Below are positions 27,401 through 41,100 of a stretch of 64,000 nt of DNA, piece after piece. The stretch is from Catajapyx aquilonaris (Eukaryota). Within the stretch, counting starts at the first letter, position 1; every line of letters starts with the position of its first letter. Both the position numbers and the translations under genes were made by a program. The notes beneath the pieces are model-generated. The model was given only the letters and a program-made list of their open reading frames with translations. It was not told the origin of the DNA and ran no database searches. The stretch covers positions 1-64,000 of the forward strand of contig KZ537991.1 in NCBI GenBank assembly GCA_000934665.2. Reading direction: 5' to 3'.

Positions 27401-29650
27401 GTTGGGTTGGAAACGTTTCCTTTTTTTCTCTTTCTCTCTCGCCCCCTCCTCTTCCTCGCAACACTTGGGCACGACCTGCCCTCCAGGTGTGTACATGGGT
27501 TATACACACATACAGGCAGTTTGCTCGAGCCGAAGTCTTTGTCTCCGGGCCACCAATTACGCGCCCGTGTTTTTATTGGGGAGGGCATGGATAAAGGAGT
27601 CTTATTTATGCATCGGTTTTCACGGCGGAGCGATTTCGCTCGGGTAATTGAAGGGCCTTGGGGGGCTTAAGCTCGATCAGGGCATAAGTGAAATTTTATA
27701 CAATGCGAAGGATCCTATTTAGACATAGAACTAACAAACGCAATCGGAAATCTTCCTTCACTATATGTATAAAAAAAGTTCCTTTCTCGTAAATTGAAGA
27801 CACTCGGAAAGTAATCGTGGGAGGATAAACCCACACCTCATTCCAAGTCGTGTTCTGGCTCTTTCCAATTGCTCCTCTTGTCAATAAGGAGCAAATCCTT
27901 CCGACCTTTAAATGTCGCTATTGACTGCCGTCGCCAGGATAAAGGGAAATAGATGGAAGGGAAAATATATATGGAAAAGATCAGAGCTGTTTTAGATTGA
28001 CATTCGAATGGCTAATGAGGCCGAATGTTTTTTTTTTTTTTCCTCCCCGGACAAAACAGCATGGAGGGGGAAAAAATCACTGGCTTTGAAGCAGCAGCAG
28101 GTAACATGGAACCGTTTTGTACGCGTCTAATTATTGCCAACTTGGACGTGATGTCGTCAATTGGCGCCACTCATGCGAACCTCATCAAAACAGCCGGGAC
28201 TATAAATCAAAATAAGGGACACCGCAAAATTTGTACGCTCGAAACGATACGTTTGACGTCAACTGTAGCAATGACGGCAGACGACAATTACGCTTGGTAC
28301 TCTAATTGAAAAAAACGTGTTACAAAAATTGGTCTCCTTATTGTAGAACAGCCAAAATTAGGTCGGTGCGGTGGTCCTATTTGAATACAAGATTTTTGAC
28401 AGCCGTTTAGAGCAGCTGCGCCTGCCAAGGATCCGATAACATCTCGAAATAACACCCATATCTTGCTTGACTGCTCCCCAGAAACGCGACACGTTGAGAT
28501 AGGTCATATCCGATTTTTGGCAACTTCTTCTCTCTTTTCCTCATCTTCCTTCTCCACATTTTTTTTCTTTTTCTCTGGAAGCGAGTTTTGCAGCTAGCTG
28601 GCCGTTAATGATGCCAGCAGCTCCCTGCATCTGTCCCCGGCCGATAAGCCTCCTCTTGGGCACCCCCCGTTTCTTATATATATTTTTTGTTCTTCCGTTT
28701 CGAACCAGAAAAGAAGTTTGGGTTGCAAAGGATTGCTGCCTCAACAGGCTCCTTTTTTCTCTCTCTTCTTTTTTTCCAAGTCCTGCACTCCCAGGCCTGA
28801 GCAAGAATGATTTTCTTCTTGCCTCCTTTTTCTTCAGGTTAAGATAGCAGGACTCGGAGACAGAAGAGTCGCGATTACATGGACGCTTCCTATACATTAC
28901 CTGCTGAAGCAGGATGGCAGGTGGGTAAGGGGTAGGGGGGGGGGGGGGCTAGAGTGCACTTCTGCAAGCCTGCTATTGCCGAATAAATCCAATTTCGAGA
29001 GGGATGCCATTTGCGATGGATTGACGCGCACGGAATGGGCTCCAGGTCATGCTCTTAGCTGACAAAAGCTACGCTGTTCCGGTATACGGAGCGAGTAATT
29101 CGGTCTGTGTTTTAATTGGGAACATTTTTTGGTCGAAAAAAGAGGAAAGTGTGTAGCTAACTGCCATCTGTCGCGATATTTTGAGCGGGCAGCAAAGTTC
29201 ATCTGAAAATGGGCAGCAATCAGGTAGCACACAAGGCTCCAGGTGGAAGCTAAGGCAACGTAATTACGAGCCAACCACCGAGCACTGGTACCCCAGATGT
29301 GTGTAGGTTAATGCAAAACCACCCTGCTGTTGTCATTTGAAGCGTTTCTCAGCAAGCAAGCAACCCGCGCCCAAGTAAACAGCAAAACGGGGGCAAACTA
29401 ATCCTAAACACGAAGCAAGTCAACTCCCTAAAGTCAGCGGGAATTCATTTTCGATCGAGTGTGGCGAAAGGGGTTTGTAATTCAACCCCCCTTCCACCCC
29501 CAAAAGGTTTGGTCATGGCTGCTTCTGACACCACTTTTCCTCCCAAAAGCCCGGTTATATCGCGTAAATCTTGCTGTCCTCACGTATACCTGCCATGCTT
29601 AGAACCTGTAATGACATATTCACTCTGAATTGAATTAAATAGCTCCAAAT

Positions 29651-29797
29651 TCAAAATGGCGCAACGGGAAGTGACGTTCAAGATGGCGCTGCAGGAAGTG
29701 ACGTTTAAAATGGCCAACCGGAAATGACGTTCATTATGGCCGACCGGATGTGACGTTAATAATAGCAGAACCGGAAGTGACGTTTATAATGGCCGCC
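29651..29797 (+). repeat. Degenerate 26-27-bp tandem array (about 5.5 units), consensus AAAATGGC-N(3-4)-CCGGAAGTGACGTT
   Basis: ATGGC/ATAGC at 29656, 29683, 29710, 29736, 29762 and 29789; TGACGTT at 29672, 29699, 29725, 29751 and 29778. Confidence 0.92.
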
Positions 29798-32700
29798 ATA
29801 TACATCCTGCGGCGGGATTTTTCAAACAAGCATCGAACAAGCCCTGGTTATAATCCGGGTCTGATGTACCAGGTCGTGCTTTGGACCACTGTCGTCATTG
29901 TCTCGTCCAAAACAAGAGGATGTTACGGTCCACCCCCCTCCCCCTCTATCTCTCTGAACCCTCCCATGTCCCTATACCCTGCACTATAGCTCTCACACTG
30001 ATCAGACCACATAGGACTAAAATCAATTGCTCTCAGCGTGGAACAAAATCTAGACTGGCAGGCAATTTCCTGCGACAATGCGGTTCTGATCGAATTTTTT
30101 CCTTCTCATTTTTTTCTCTCTCTCTCTCTCTCTCTACTCTTCCGGGTGGGCCCCGGAAAAAGAGGTAAGGGAAAAAGGTAAGGTTGTCGTTCATTGGTTG
30201 GCGACACATACACACCTCCCCCATCGACATAAGAAGAAAAGAAACAAACGCTATCTCTTCCTCTTTTTCCCTCACCTTTTTTTTCCAGAGCAAGTCTCGG
30301 GTAAAACTGACATCAAGTTCCGGAGGGCTGAATCCGGGCAGAATGGAAGTGCCACTTCCATTGTCAACTTCTATCAAGTCTGGATTAATCCTCGCCTTAT
30401 AGAGTAGCTCTTGGGCTGACACAATAAACCTAAGGGGAGATCAGGATCCTAATAATGAAATATCTGGGCTGCACTTGGTCAAATCTTTCACTTCATTAGA
30501 AGGTGTCAAGTGTTGGTTTTGGGGGAAGGAGGTGGGAGGGTTGGAGGATGGTCCCAGAAGGGAAACGGAGCCTTCTGGAATTGGACTGGGCAACTAGGTT
30601 TCGCATCCAGGAGGTGCTGGTGCTGGAGAAGGGAGTTGAGAGAGAGAGAAAAGCCTCCTAAATTAATTGTGGACTTAGGACTGATTCGAGCCAGGATTAC
30701 ATCCGCATCGCCTCAGACTGGTCGAATAAAAGTCAAGGGGACTGACTCAAATTTTGATGCAGCGGTTGCCATCAGGCCAATTATTCGGGAGGGCGTAATT
30801 ACAAGAAAAGTCTAATCACAAAGAAACTAAATTCCAGAGCCCTTTTCGGAGGTTACCTGACATTCTCACATGGCATTGGTTTAGCGGAGAAGCTCAGGCA
30901 ACTAGTGATTACAGGACTGGATGAAAATGGATCACACGCTGGATTTACATGGACATATCCTTTGCTCTCACCCGTGCAAAAGGTATGATCAACAAACAGA
31001 CAAGTGTGAATATAGTCAATTCTAATATTAGGTTAAGTAGCAGCATGCACAGCAAGAGGTGACAGCAGTAAGAGAGCTGCCAATTGATTTCGAGTGGTTC
31101 ATTATCTGTAGTTATATATTTAGGAGCCTAAGAGGGCTCATTCCATTCAGGCTAATATCAGAGGTAATATTTTGCTGTCTCGTTACTCGGTAACAGTTTA
31201 ATAAAAAGCATGTTAGTGCCAAAATTATTGATATTTTATCAAAGAGTTGGTATATAAGCATCTCGGCAGGAAGAAATGTGGCCAATGGGAGGTTATACGA
31301 GGGAAGTCTTATACATCCCCTCCAGTAAATTTGTTAATACAATATCAATTTTGAGTGCAAGACGGCATTTTAAATTTCTCTCCCTCCCTCCCCCCACCCG
31401 ATTTATTAATGCACATTAGTGTGCATTAGTGTAGATGAGGCAATCCGAATTTTATGAGCGTGACGGATGGATATTTCTGGGTACAGGAAGATGCGAAGAA
31501 AGGGGTGGAATAAGAGCAAGTCGGGGGAGGATTCTTCACTTTCTTTCTTTTTTTAATTACCCCCCCCCCCTCCCATCCATCCTCTCTCCATGCAAAAGTA
31601 ATTGCCACTTGAAGCAATTTTCGAGCACAAAAGCCGGCGGCGGAAAGCAAACGGAAAACGCTTAAAAGGGACATCTTAAGCAGAAGATATCACACAGCGT
31701 AATTTCAAGTCTCAATTTGAGTTTGAAGGACACTCTCTCAAAATGTGTCTTTAGACTCCTAGTTACTTCAAGTGCAAAAAAAGGGCGAATCGGCTGCTAT
31801 TCTAATATCGATCACAGCTATTTTAAACACCAATAGTAGAGGTCAAAAATCGCTATTTTCTTTAGCCATACTATGCAAAATGTCAAAATCAAAAAATTGC
31901 AGTGTGACTCAGTTTGTCCGTGTAGGCACGCCTTTTGCCTTCAATCATCCTGCATTATTTACATTCGCATGCAACGTACCTGTTTGCATCTACATGACAC
32001 GTGAATAAAACATTGCCGAGCAAGCTAATCCCGCCTCCCGGAAACTTGAGGTAATCAGCAGTAATGTCGGCTGTTCCCTTCAAAGTTTACCCCGAAAGAG
32101 AAGTATGTAACGGCTTCCTGTTTGCAGATCTGGCAATCAGGAAATCACAATGACGTCTCGCCACTAATTCCCTTCCCAGTTTGCGAAAATTTTCTAATTC
32201 AAATAAGACTTTTTAGCCCGCCGCGATCCATTTTCCAATAGAGAGGCCTTACATTAGTAGTTTGCAAACGCGTTTCCCCATTACTTATGCATCGGAAATC
32301 ATGACAGAAAAGAGTTTTATTGGTTTCAAACCGTCAAATGTGAGACCCAACAAAAACCTAGTTGCCGTGAATGGGGTGAAGCGATGCGGTCGTTTGAAGT
32401 CTGGGGGAAGCTTCGGCTTCAAACAAAACCTGCAAATTACCCTATCCGTTTTTTAACTTTTAATTGCCAACCCCGCAGAGTAAATCTACACAGCATGTGA
32501 CAGGTGAACAGTCAAACTCACACACGCACAAAAAAAATTCCGCACAACCAATACAACAGATGAGGAAAAAAAATCGCGAAGTCCTATAGGTTCAAAGCCT
32601 GTAATGCAATATCCTGTCCCTTGCGCACATTTATTTTTGCGCACTTCATTCCAGCGAATCACTCTTTGACCTTATCTATCAAATATCCTGCAACAAATGG

Positions 32701-35700
32701 TTCGCACCTTTCGACCTGGATTCATCCGGACTCTAAAAATACCCGGATGGTACCTCCTTCCATCACGCTAAAAATGGAGGGGGGGGGGGGGGGGGAAAAA
32801 AATNTTCAATAAACCGACTTCCCGCCACTCCCTTCATCTTCTCAACCCACAAAAAAGAGAGACCGGATTCTGCAGACTACATTTTAATTTGCGGAATATC
32901 GACCACCAATATTCCTTTTGCTGCTAAAAAGCATTTTGCTTCCGAATATTTCTCGCCACATTTGGTGACCAGCAGCCACCAGTTCTGAAAATTCTGGATC
33001 AGTAGCGCAACAATTAGTACGATGTGCGGAGGTTGAATCCGATAAGAAAAACAGTGGGTTGAAACCAGCCGAAAGTAAATCAGCAAAATGCGTACAGGAT
33101 GGGATGAAAACAAGCACATCTCCAAAGTTCACCGGAAGCATTTGAAGGACAGGCTGTACAGTGCTGGCCATATATGGAGGCAACGACTAGCGACATTTTT
33201 CCGAAGCGGCAGAAGAAGGAATCTTGCTCTCCCGGCTTGTAGCATGCTTATCATCGATTCCTTCTTCTGCCGCTTCGGGAAAATGTCGCTAGTCGTTGCC
33301 TCGATAAATGGCCAGCACTGTACAAACACGGCTGAGTTTGATTCGCGCATAAATCTTACAGTGAACCGTATTTTTAATTTGAATCAATTTTTTGACCTGA
33401 AAAAATAATATGGACAAAAATCGACGTATCAATAGTATGTCCTTATGAGACAAGTTCAAATTAATCAAAATTATCCCAATTTGCGTACCTATTCTCACCA
33501 TCAATCGAAGAAATTTTTAATCATTGTATGAGGCCTATCTCTTACCGTCATTTTTAAATGTTTAAAAAAAAGAGTTGATGCCCGATGTAGTATTAGAGCA
33601 GGCAGGTAATTGGTTAGCCGTTAATTTGTTTGCTACCGGTGGAAGTCAATTCCTCCCATTTGGTTATTTGTGGGGTAATAAATGCGGCTCTCTAAAGTAA
33701 TACATGTTTGTCCGTGAGTGCATCCAAATTAAAAACAAACATCATCCGAGGTTTGTTTTGCGAACAATAGTTTATGGGTCACATTTGCATATTTGGAGGG
33801 AGAGCTTTCCATTTTGTTCATGTCTGAAAAAAGATGCTGGAAGTACTGAATTTTGGTGTCTAGCAACTGTGTATAGTAATTTCGAGGAAAATAACACGAG
33901 CTGTAAATTATTGTCGAAAATTTTTGTAGGATTTTATAACCAGTCGACTGTGCATGTGAGCATATCAAGTGTCATGAGTGGCAAGAGAGGACGGGGGGAA
34001 AAAAATAAGTGTGGAGATAAAATGCGACCTCCTGAATTGGGCTAGTTTGTCGTTTTTAGTCAAAGCTCGGTTGTGTAAAATGAGCTGAGTCGAGCCGAAA
34101 GCTTAAGGGTCAAAATACTAAAATATGCGTTCAAAGCTCACAAATTATATCAACGTCGTTTGATACTCAAAGGCAAAACGCTTCAAAAGAACAGCAATAA
34201 CAACAATAATAAAAAAATGCGTTACACGTGCCTCTTGTAGCACTGTATACATCATCAACACAATCATTGTGATCAATTTAGATGGGCTTCACACACTGCC
34301 TATATTACTAACCCTTGACTTAACGCCTTCAGTTTGTAAACATACCTATAAAGTGTTGCTCAATTGGTACTTTTTCTTTCCAGAGAGAAGCTCTATCTTT
34401 AAGAGAGTTTGCTTCTCAAGGCCTGATATTGAGATGTAAATATTCACTGATTTCATGGAAAGATTGAATGAAAGTATCAATGGGAAGCATATCTTTCTGT
34501 CCAATCAGAAAATCGGGAATTATTCATGAATCCTAATTTGATGGCCAGTTTTTCGTTACACAGAGCATATGGAAATAGATACTAACTTTCACCTGCTTAC
34601 GACTCATTTAGAACCTGTTGCCAGACATACTTTTCAGAGCTCGTTAGCAGTAAATCAGACACGCAAAAATCACGTGCTCCTGCCATATTCAATCCGTACA
34701 TAACACATTTGAAATCGCCAATTAACTCGGACTACTCGTAATTGCAATAATTGACGCCAGCCTGTAATTCATTTAAATATACACAATTAATTCATTAAAA
34801 TCAGTGCACTCTCATGGGACAAATTGACTCGCATACCTGCTGTACCCTCAAGGTGTACAGGGTACATGGGCAACAATATCTGCTGAACTGTTGATAGCAC
34901 CACAACTTAACTGAGCCATTAAACCCTGGACATAAAACTATGCAGATGGATGCAAGGAACTGTACTGGTATCAATGACGTAATTCTAACCGAAACCCGAC
35001 ACTAATCTCAAGTTCAAAACCTCTTATGGTTTCAACCCATCACTCAAACCGAGATAACCTGGCACACTTTTTTTTAATGTGTAAAATTCCACGCTCGCAA
35101 AGACCAATAAACGGAGAGTACGAAGCGTGGAAATTGATCCGACAAGCATTAATTAACAGCTTCAAGCAGGCCGAGTCTTCATAATTTTTGTATTTTTTTT
35201 CGATGGGAGGTCCAAGGTCGAATGTCACCCTTGGCCCCTAAGGGTGGTCTCTCTCTCACTCACCCCAGTCCGTCGGATTGATAGCGAAGTTCTTTGGCCT
35301 CACAGTCCAGCCAGCACGACTCGTAAAGTCCGATTTGTTCAATGGTTCGTGGAAAAGGGAAGGGGGGGACTTGAGTCGTTTTATGGCCGGCTAGGATTCG
35401 GTTACCCTTCATTTTACCCAAGGATGCCTTTATCTTGCATGAACCTTTTTTTTGGACCCCCCCCCCCTTTCCTTTTCCTTCTTCCGACTGACCGAAATTC
35501 ACTCTCTGTTGATCAGGCAGGCAGTTCATGCGTTAGTCAGCCAGAATTGAGATAAAGTGTGCCGGGGAAAAACAAACACTTCTCAGAAAAATCGACGTAA
35601 ACAAGCCCCTTTGTCGGAACACGTGTTTGGTCTCACAAAATCACCCATGTTTTTGGCGGTCAAATATAATTTTATGCATATCCAAAATATTATGGATTTG

Positions 35701-35826
35701 GCGAAAGTGTTTAATTTTGTGACTATCACGATGTAATGTTATATAAATTGGCTTTTCATATTTTTATAACATTATATAGTGCGAGTCATAAAACTACAAC
35801 AGCTTTGGCAAATCACTTTAGATATA

Positions 35827-36078
35827 CAGGGTGTTTCAACTTTTTTTGTCCGAACAGTTATCGGAAAATTGCACGTAGCTGCTACTTTGTAAGCAGTGAC
35901 CAGGCTTGACCCTCAATTTTCAGCTGGCAGCACGAAGGCTATGCCACTTCAACTTACGATTCGCAGGTAATATTCCCAGTTCCTCCGAAAAATCACCGTT
36001 TGCAAGTCACTGCTTACGAAGTAGCAGCTACGTGCAATTTTCCGATAACTGTTCGGACAAAAAAGTTGAAACACCCTG
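35827..36078. mobile_element. 252-bp Tc1/mariner-type MITE with approx. 74-bp terminal inverted repeats
   Basis: Left TIR 35827-35900 (CAGGGTGTTTCAACTTTTTTTGTCCGAACAGTTATCGGAAAATTGCACGTAGCTGCTACTTTGTAAGCAGTGAC) matches the reverse complement of 36006-36078 with about one substitution and one T-run indel. TA on the left, TT on the right (altered TSD). Confidence 0.9.
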
Positions 36079-36940
36079 TTTAGTTATATGCAGTATTAAT
36101 ATATTTTACTGATAGTTCCAGATGCATTTATAGTTCCTACACATAACTAGTGTATCAAAATTTTGCCATAAAATTGGCGTCGTCCATAATGCATGCTGGT
36201 TTGACCCCTTGATAATTTAATATGACAGTTATATAATTTACTGCATACTTGATGTGCAACATTAGCATTGCTGCTCAAATGATATGTATAAATCATTCAA
36301 TTTAGATGCAGAAATTCCTCACACAGCAAGCCGGATTGGTTGATTACATTCATGATGACCAATTGAATACGGTTCGTAAATTTTTGATATTAATGTGAAG
36401 GACTTCAAACATATTTTGTTAAATTTTTTCCGATCTAAATGCGGCCTAAATTGCACTTTGCATTACTACAACATTAGATGGTTCTAAGTGGCCATTAATT
36501 TTCCCGCCTACGATGGGTCCTCTTCACTGACCTTAATAAATAAAACGTCCCCCCTCTTGGGGTCAAGTGGTGCAAAAATCTTTCTCCTCCCAGCAACCAT
36601 CACCCCTTTCGTGCCAGATGGAAATAAATCGCGCTGTGATTGGAGGGCGTGAACGCGAGTCTTCCTGATAGGAGGAGAGGTCGGGTTCGCAACATACGAC
36701 TCCATCTTGCGGCCAGGAAATTCCACAGTTGTCCACGTCAGACTCAGGTCACACACCAAAAAATTCCGCGCACTTTTATCGCCCCCTGTACATAAAGCCT
36801 GAGACCGCGTGTGGCCGAGGCGATGCTATCGGGACCAGGTGAGAAGAATTCATTCGGTGTGAAAAATCCTCATGCAAACTCGGTGCACCACCCTCAAAGC
36901 CACGTGACAGCACATGAATCAGGATGATAAGCGACTCTAC

Positions 36941-37247
36941 TTTTTTTTTTTTTCAAGCTTCCATGTTTTAAAATACCCCGAGCGATATCGGATCCACACG
37001 AGAAAAAATATAAAGAGAAGGGTTGGGGAGCTACGACGTCATAGAGCTCATTTTATGACCAGTTCGCACGCTATGGTNNNNNNNNNNNNNNNNNNNNNNN
37101 NNNNNNNNNNNNNNTTTTTTTTTCAAGCTTCCATGTTTTAAAATACCCCGAGCGATATCGGATCCACACGAGAAAAAATATAAAGAGAAGGGTTGGGGAG
37201 CTACGACGTCATAGAGCTCATTTTATGACCAGTTCGCACGCTATGGT
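36941..37247. other. Scaffold gap (37 N, 37078-37114) flanked by an identical approx. 130-bp duplication; probable unmerged contig overlap
   Basis: T-run-CAAGCTTCCATG...CGCACGCTATGGT occurs immediately before (36941-37077) and immediately after (37115-37247) the N run. Confidence 0.9.
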
Positions 37248-38021
37248 CTGTACTGTACGTTTAAAAAAAAAAAGTGCATTCACATGTCAGCGACAAATAT
37301 CTTTCGGACGATTTTGCACAAAATCGAGCGATGTCCAGGGTACTTACCACCCAGGGCCCTGACGTCATCTTCGATGCACTCGTAAGTGTTGACGACATTT
37401 TCAGTGTCCGAATGGTGTCCGAAGTTGCTGCGATGGGGGTAAGAAGCGGTGGGAGCTGGGCTGCCCCACCTACTCCAGTACTCCCTCTCCATTTTCACTC
37501 GGGGCAGTTGTTACACCAGGACACCTGAAACAGAGGGACCATTATTTGAAAAAGCTCCAGCTCATTTCGGGGGAGGGCCAGGCATGCTCATGTCTCCCGG
37601 GAGAAATTGAGGTGATTGTTTTTTTTGGTGTGTGTGTGTGTATATGTGGGAGTGTGGGGAGGGACAGAGAGGATCGATTCCATCGCCAACGCGATTTCCT
37701 AACCGCAATTGACCAGCAGTTAATTATTAACCTCCCATCTCCTGTCCTATATTGGTTCACGAGACCTAGGGTAATTGACTCGACCTCAGTGTGTGTGCGT
37801 TGATGAGACCTTCCCGGCTCCAATCACCAGGCTAATGTCAAGCTGATCGACCGTGCAGAATTCTAATAAGACGTGCATCTGCCCACTCTATAGCCGGGAT
37901 ATGTCCGATCAAATTACTTCCAGCTCGTAATCTTAAACTGTAGCCCACTCAATTAATAAACATGAATGGATGAGCTAAACACGCAAACTAAGTGGCCATC
38001 TTGATTATGGGATGGCCTTAT

Positions 38022-38108
38022 TGCGCATCAGTATACCTGCGCACGCGGATTGTCATGCGCAGTCTACCTGCGCAGTCGTATTTCCATGCGCAGAGTCTAC
38101 CTGCGCAC
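38022..38108 (+). repeat. Three degenerate units (period 31-34 bp) of TGCGCA-..GT(A/C)TACC-TGCGCA
   Basis: TGCGCA at 38022, 38038, 38056, 38069, 38087 and 38102, with TACC before every second copy. Confidence 0.8.
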
Positions 38109-41100
38109 AACCTTGCCGTGCATATCATGTTACTCTAGTTTCGCATGTGACTTGAGGTAATTTATGGAGAATTGTGATTGGAGGGGCAGGATTTACGGTC
38201 TTGCCGTTTTGACCGCGGGGGCGAGCCTCCCCCTTCAACTCATCAATAACGCTGTTAGCCACTAGCGTGCGCTGTCACTTTCTATCTGGAAACGCAAAAG
38301 GGGTGGGGGTGGACCCCATTCGCAATATTTCCGCACACTATTTCTCCATAAACTATGTACGATGCACAGGAACCGACTGGAACGTGCCGGAACATTCCGG
38401 CAAAGGTAGCCAAATAGTATTGTTATCATTCTTGGCATGCCCTCACATCCAGAGGAGGAGAAAGTTAATGGGCAGCACGAGCTACTAGGACTGATATTGT
38501 CCGAACGAGGCTCCGGGACGAGAAACATGTGGCCCACACTCGAGTAGAAGGTTGGGTAGCTCACGATCCTGCTGCCTCTCTTTGTTTGATGCTGCCACTT
38601 TTCCCCCTTCAAATCCCCGTCGGCTACAAACCCTGCCTATTAAAACACCAATCACGCCAACCCCCCTCGCTTCATAATTTTTTTTCTACAGATGATTCCC
38701 AACAGCTGGCACATAGTACATGAAGCTTCTCAGGTAAAGCTGGGCCCTCCTGTGTAATTAGCATCCCAAACTTGGCCTTCACCCGGTAGCTCATACGCTA
38801 CCCAATCCGCGGTATGAATTCTAAGGAGTGTTTTATACTAGGTTAATGCTGATGGTGGAAAGGGAAAAAAGAGAGGAGTGTTCTAATCACTGTCTTCAAA
38901 GGTCTCTAAATCACTCCGGGTTAGCCAATCTTACGGTTCGTGGAACGCTTTAAAAGTGTTCGGCACTCGCCAAATTGCCACTGCCTTTTCTCGCTGGCTC
39001 TACACGTCGGGGAGTGTTAATTGCTCGAACAGGACGTAAAGGCGCGGTTTTTGCGCAAACGACAAAATGGCGACAAATTCGCACAGTCGCCCTTTTTTGG
39101 AGGGGTTAAACTGTAGCTCGCGAAGTGTGTAAAAATCAGTTTAAAAGTACGCTCAGGAAAAGGCTGCCCATCAAAAAAAACATGCAAACAAGATTGTATA
39201 TTTTTGCACTGATGTAATATGAAGTGACCATTTTTTATTAATGACAAATAATAAAAGCTTGGAAATAAGCCGGATTGAAATCAGCAGCCGTAAAACTTTA
39301 ATTGGCTCTCCTGAAAAGATGTGGGCGAGTTACGCTGATCTAATAAAAATTGCTTTAATCTGTGTCAATTTTTCTTAGTAATATTTCTTTTGACCCGAAT
39401 TTTCTATTTTTGATGTTGAATTTTGATTATTAAACGTTCAAGGAGAATATTCCAACCAGAAGATTAAGGCCGTGGGCAAACTAATTAATAATTACAGCCT
39501 CCACCTGATTGGTACGCGTAGCGGAATAAAATATTAGTCGGATTTAGCGCCGCCGATTTTTTTTGTTATATTGTAATCCGTATTACGTTTTAAAACCATA
39601 TTAGCCTCAATTATATGTAATCTTCTTACCTGAAGTAATGAACCCCGGATTTCCAGATCCACATTCAGCTGATTAAGCAGCATGATAGGCCCGTCCCGCA
39701 TAATTGTTTCGACGGATATGACTCATCGTCCGTGTAATAGGAATTGGTTTAATGCAAGTAATTTTTACTCCTGTTCGAAAAATTTTCTGTGGAAGCTCTA
39801 GGAAAAGGAGAATAGCATTGATTTTCCCCTTTGCAAAATCCTTTTCCTCGAGAGTTCTTGATCAGACTTTGCAAGTAAACCAAGCTATTTGAGGAGACCT
39901 AACAGACTCTCTTCTTCTCAGCTCATAGAATTAGCTCTTTCTCTAGCTCTCTCTCTCTCTGCTGCTGCTGCTAGCTGCACTAGAACCTCCTGGAAGCTTA
40001 CCCACACTTTCTGCCCGCCGTCCGTCAGCAGCATCGACTTTCTCACGAAGATTTGCGCAAAGTTGGAAAGCTCTTTCTTGGTGCCGGCAGGAGGCGCGAA
40101 AAGGCGGGGCTTTGGGCTTTTGCCTTGCTCGCACATTGGGCCAAAGATGGCTGCCGAAAAGGGTGCACGAGGTAGAAGAAAATGTCCCTAAATTTTCATT
40201 GTGTTTGGACTTGTGCATTCCCGCTATAGTAAAAGCACGCAAATTTCTACAGGATACGCAATTTGTAACATAGCATGTGAGCATGCACCTGGGGTCATGC
40301 TCAATATCCAGAGTTTTAATCCTAAAAATGGCAGCATTTTCAACGCCCGGCTAATCGCACTTCCTTACCGGGCATGTAAGCGGGGCGTTTATTCCTACCA
40401 AAAGCAGAAGTCGCGGCGAATAAAACACGCAATTACTACCCGACCAGTATTTTCCACCCTCCGCCTTTTCATAATTTATTCACGCGTGCAATCCCGCATC
40501 GGCCCAGATAATCTATATAACCTCCCCAGGGCTGTTTATTGCGAAGCTTTGTATACATGAACCATCACGCATTAGAGAAAAACAGTGTTCATCAAGTTCT
40601 CTCCGGAATCATATAGATTTGGCCTACTTGAATTATGCCCCTTCGTCTCCAAGTTTAGCTGCAGGTCTGTGCCCATAAGACTTCTCCCCAGCTGCAGTTA
40701 TAGTGAGCCAGAGGTTGTCAATATTTCTCGCAGCTCCAAACGTATAGTGTGTGCAGTGAGAGCAAGGACACGCCTTTGTCTCATCTCGTTGGCTCCCTAA
40801 TTACAGACGAAGCTCAAGTGACATAAGGAGCTTATCAAAGTGCCGGAGGAGTCGAGGAGGTAATGGTCATTTGCGACGACTATCAACACTCTGGAAGTTA
40901 AGAAGTGGACGCCAATCTTCGGTCAGGGTGGTCTTCGGCAAGGGTTACTCTTTAACGACCTAACAGTTGGCTGCTCGAGATAACTGTGATGCAAGTTTTT
41001 ACCAGTTATAGGCCAAATAGGACAGAAACGACAGCAAGTTGAAAAAAATAAACACTATAAATAATATAATAAGTTAAAATTACAAAGCTTGTACTTTTAT

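Noticed and set aside
26714..27594. Overlapping 105-188-aa ORFs on both strands, including a protein-like stretch KAHKLFEQLKQSADTPRAQSPESTMKAASESDILNTINSF
   Set aside because: No recognisable homology and no convincing splice signals bounding it; cannot be supported without a search.
36941..37247. Direct repeats resembling LTRs or a large target-site duplication
   Set aside because: The copies are identical and directly abut an N gap, as expected for an unmerged contig overlap.
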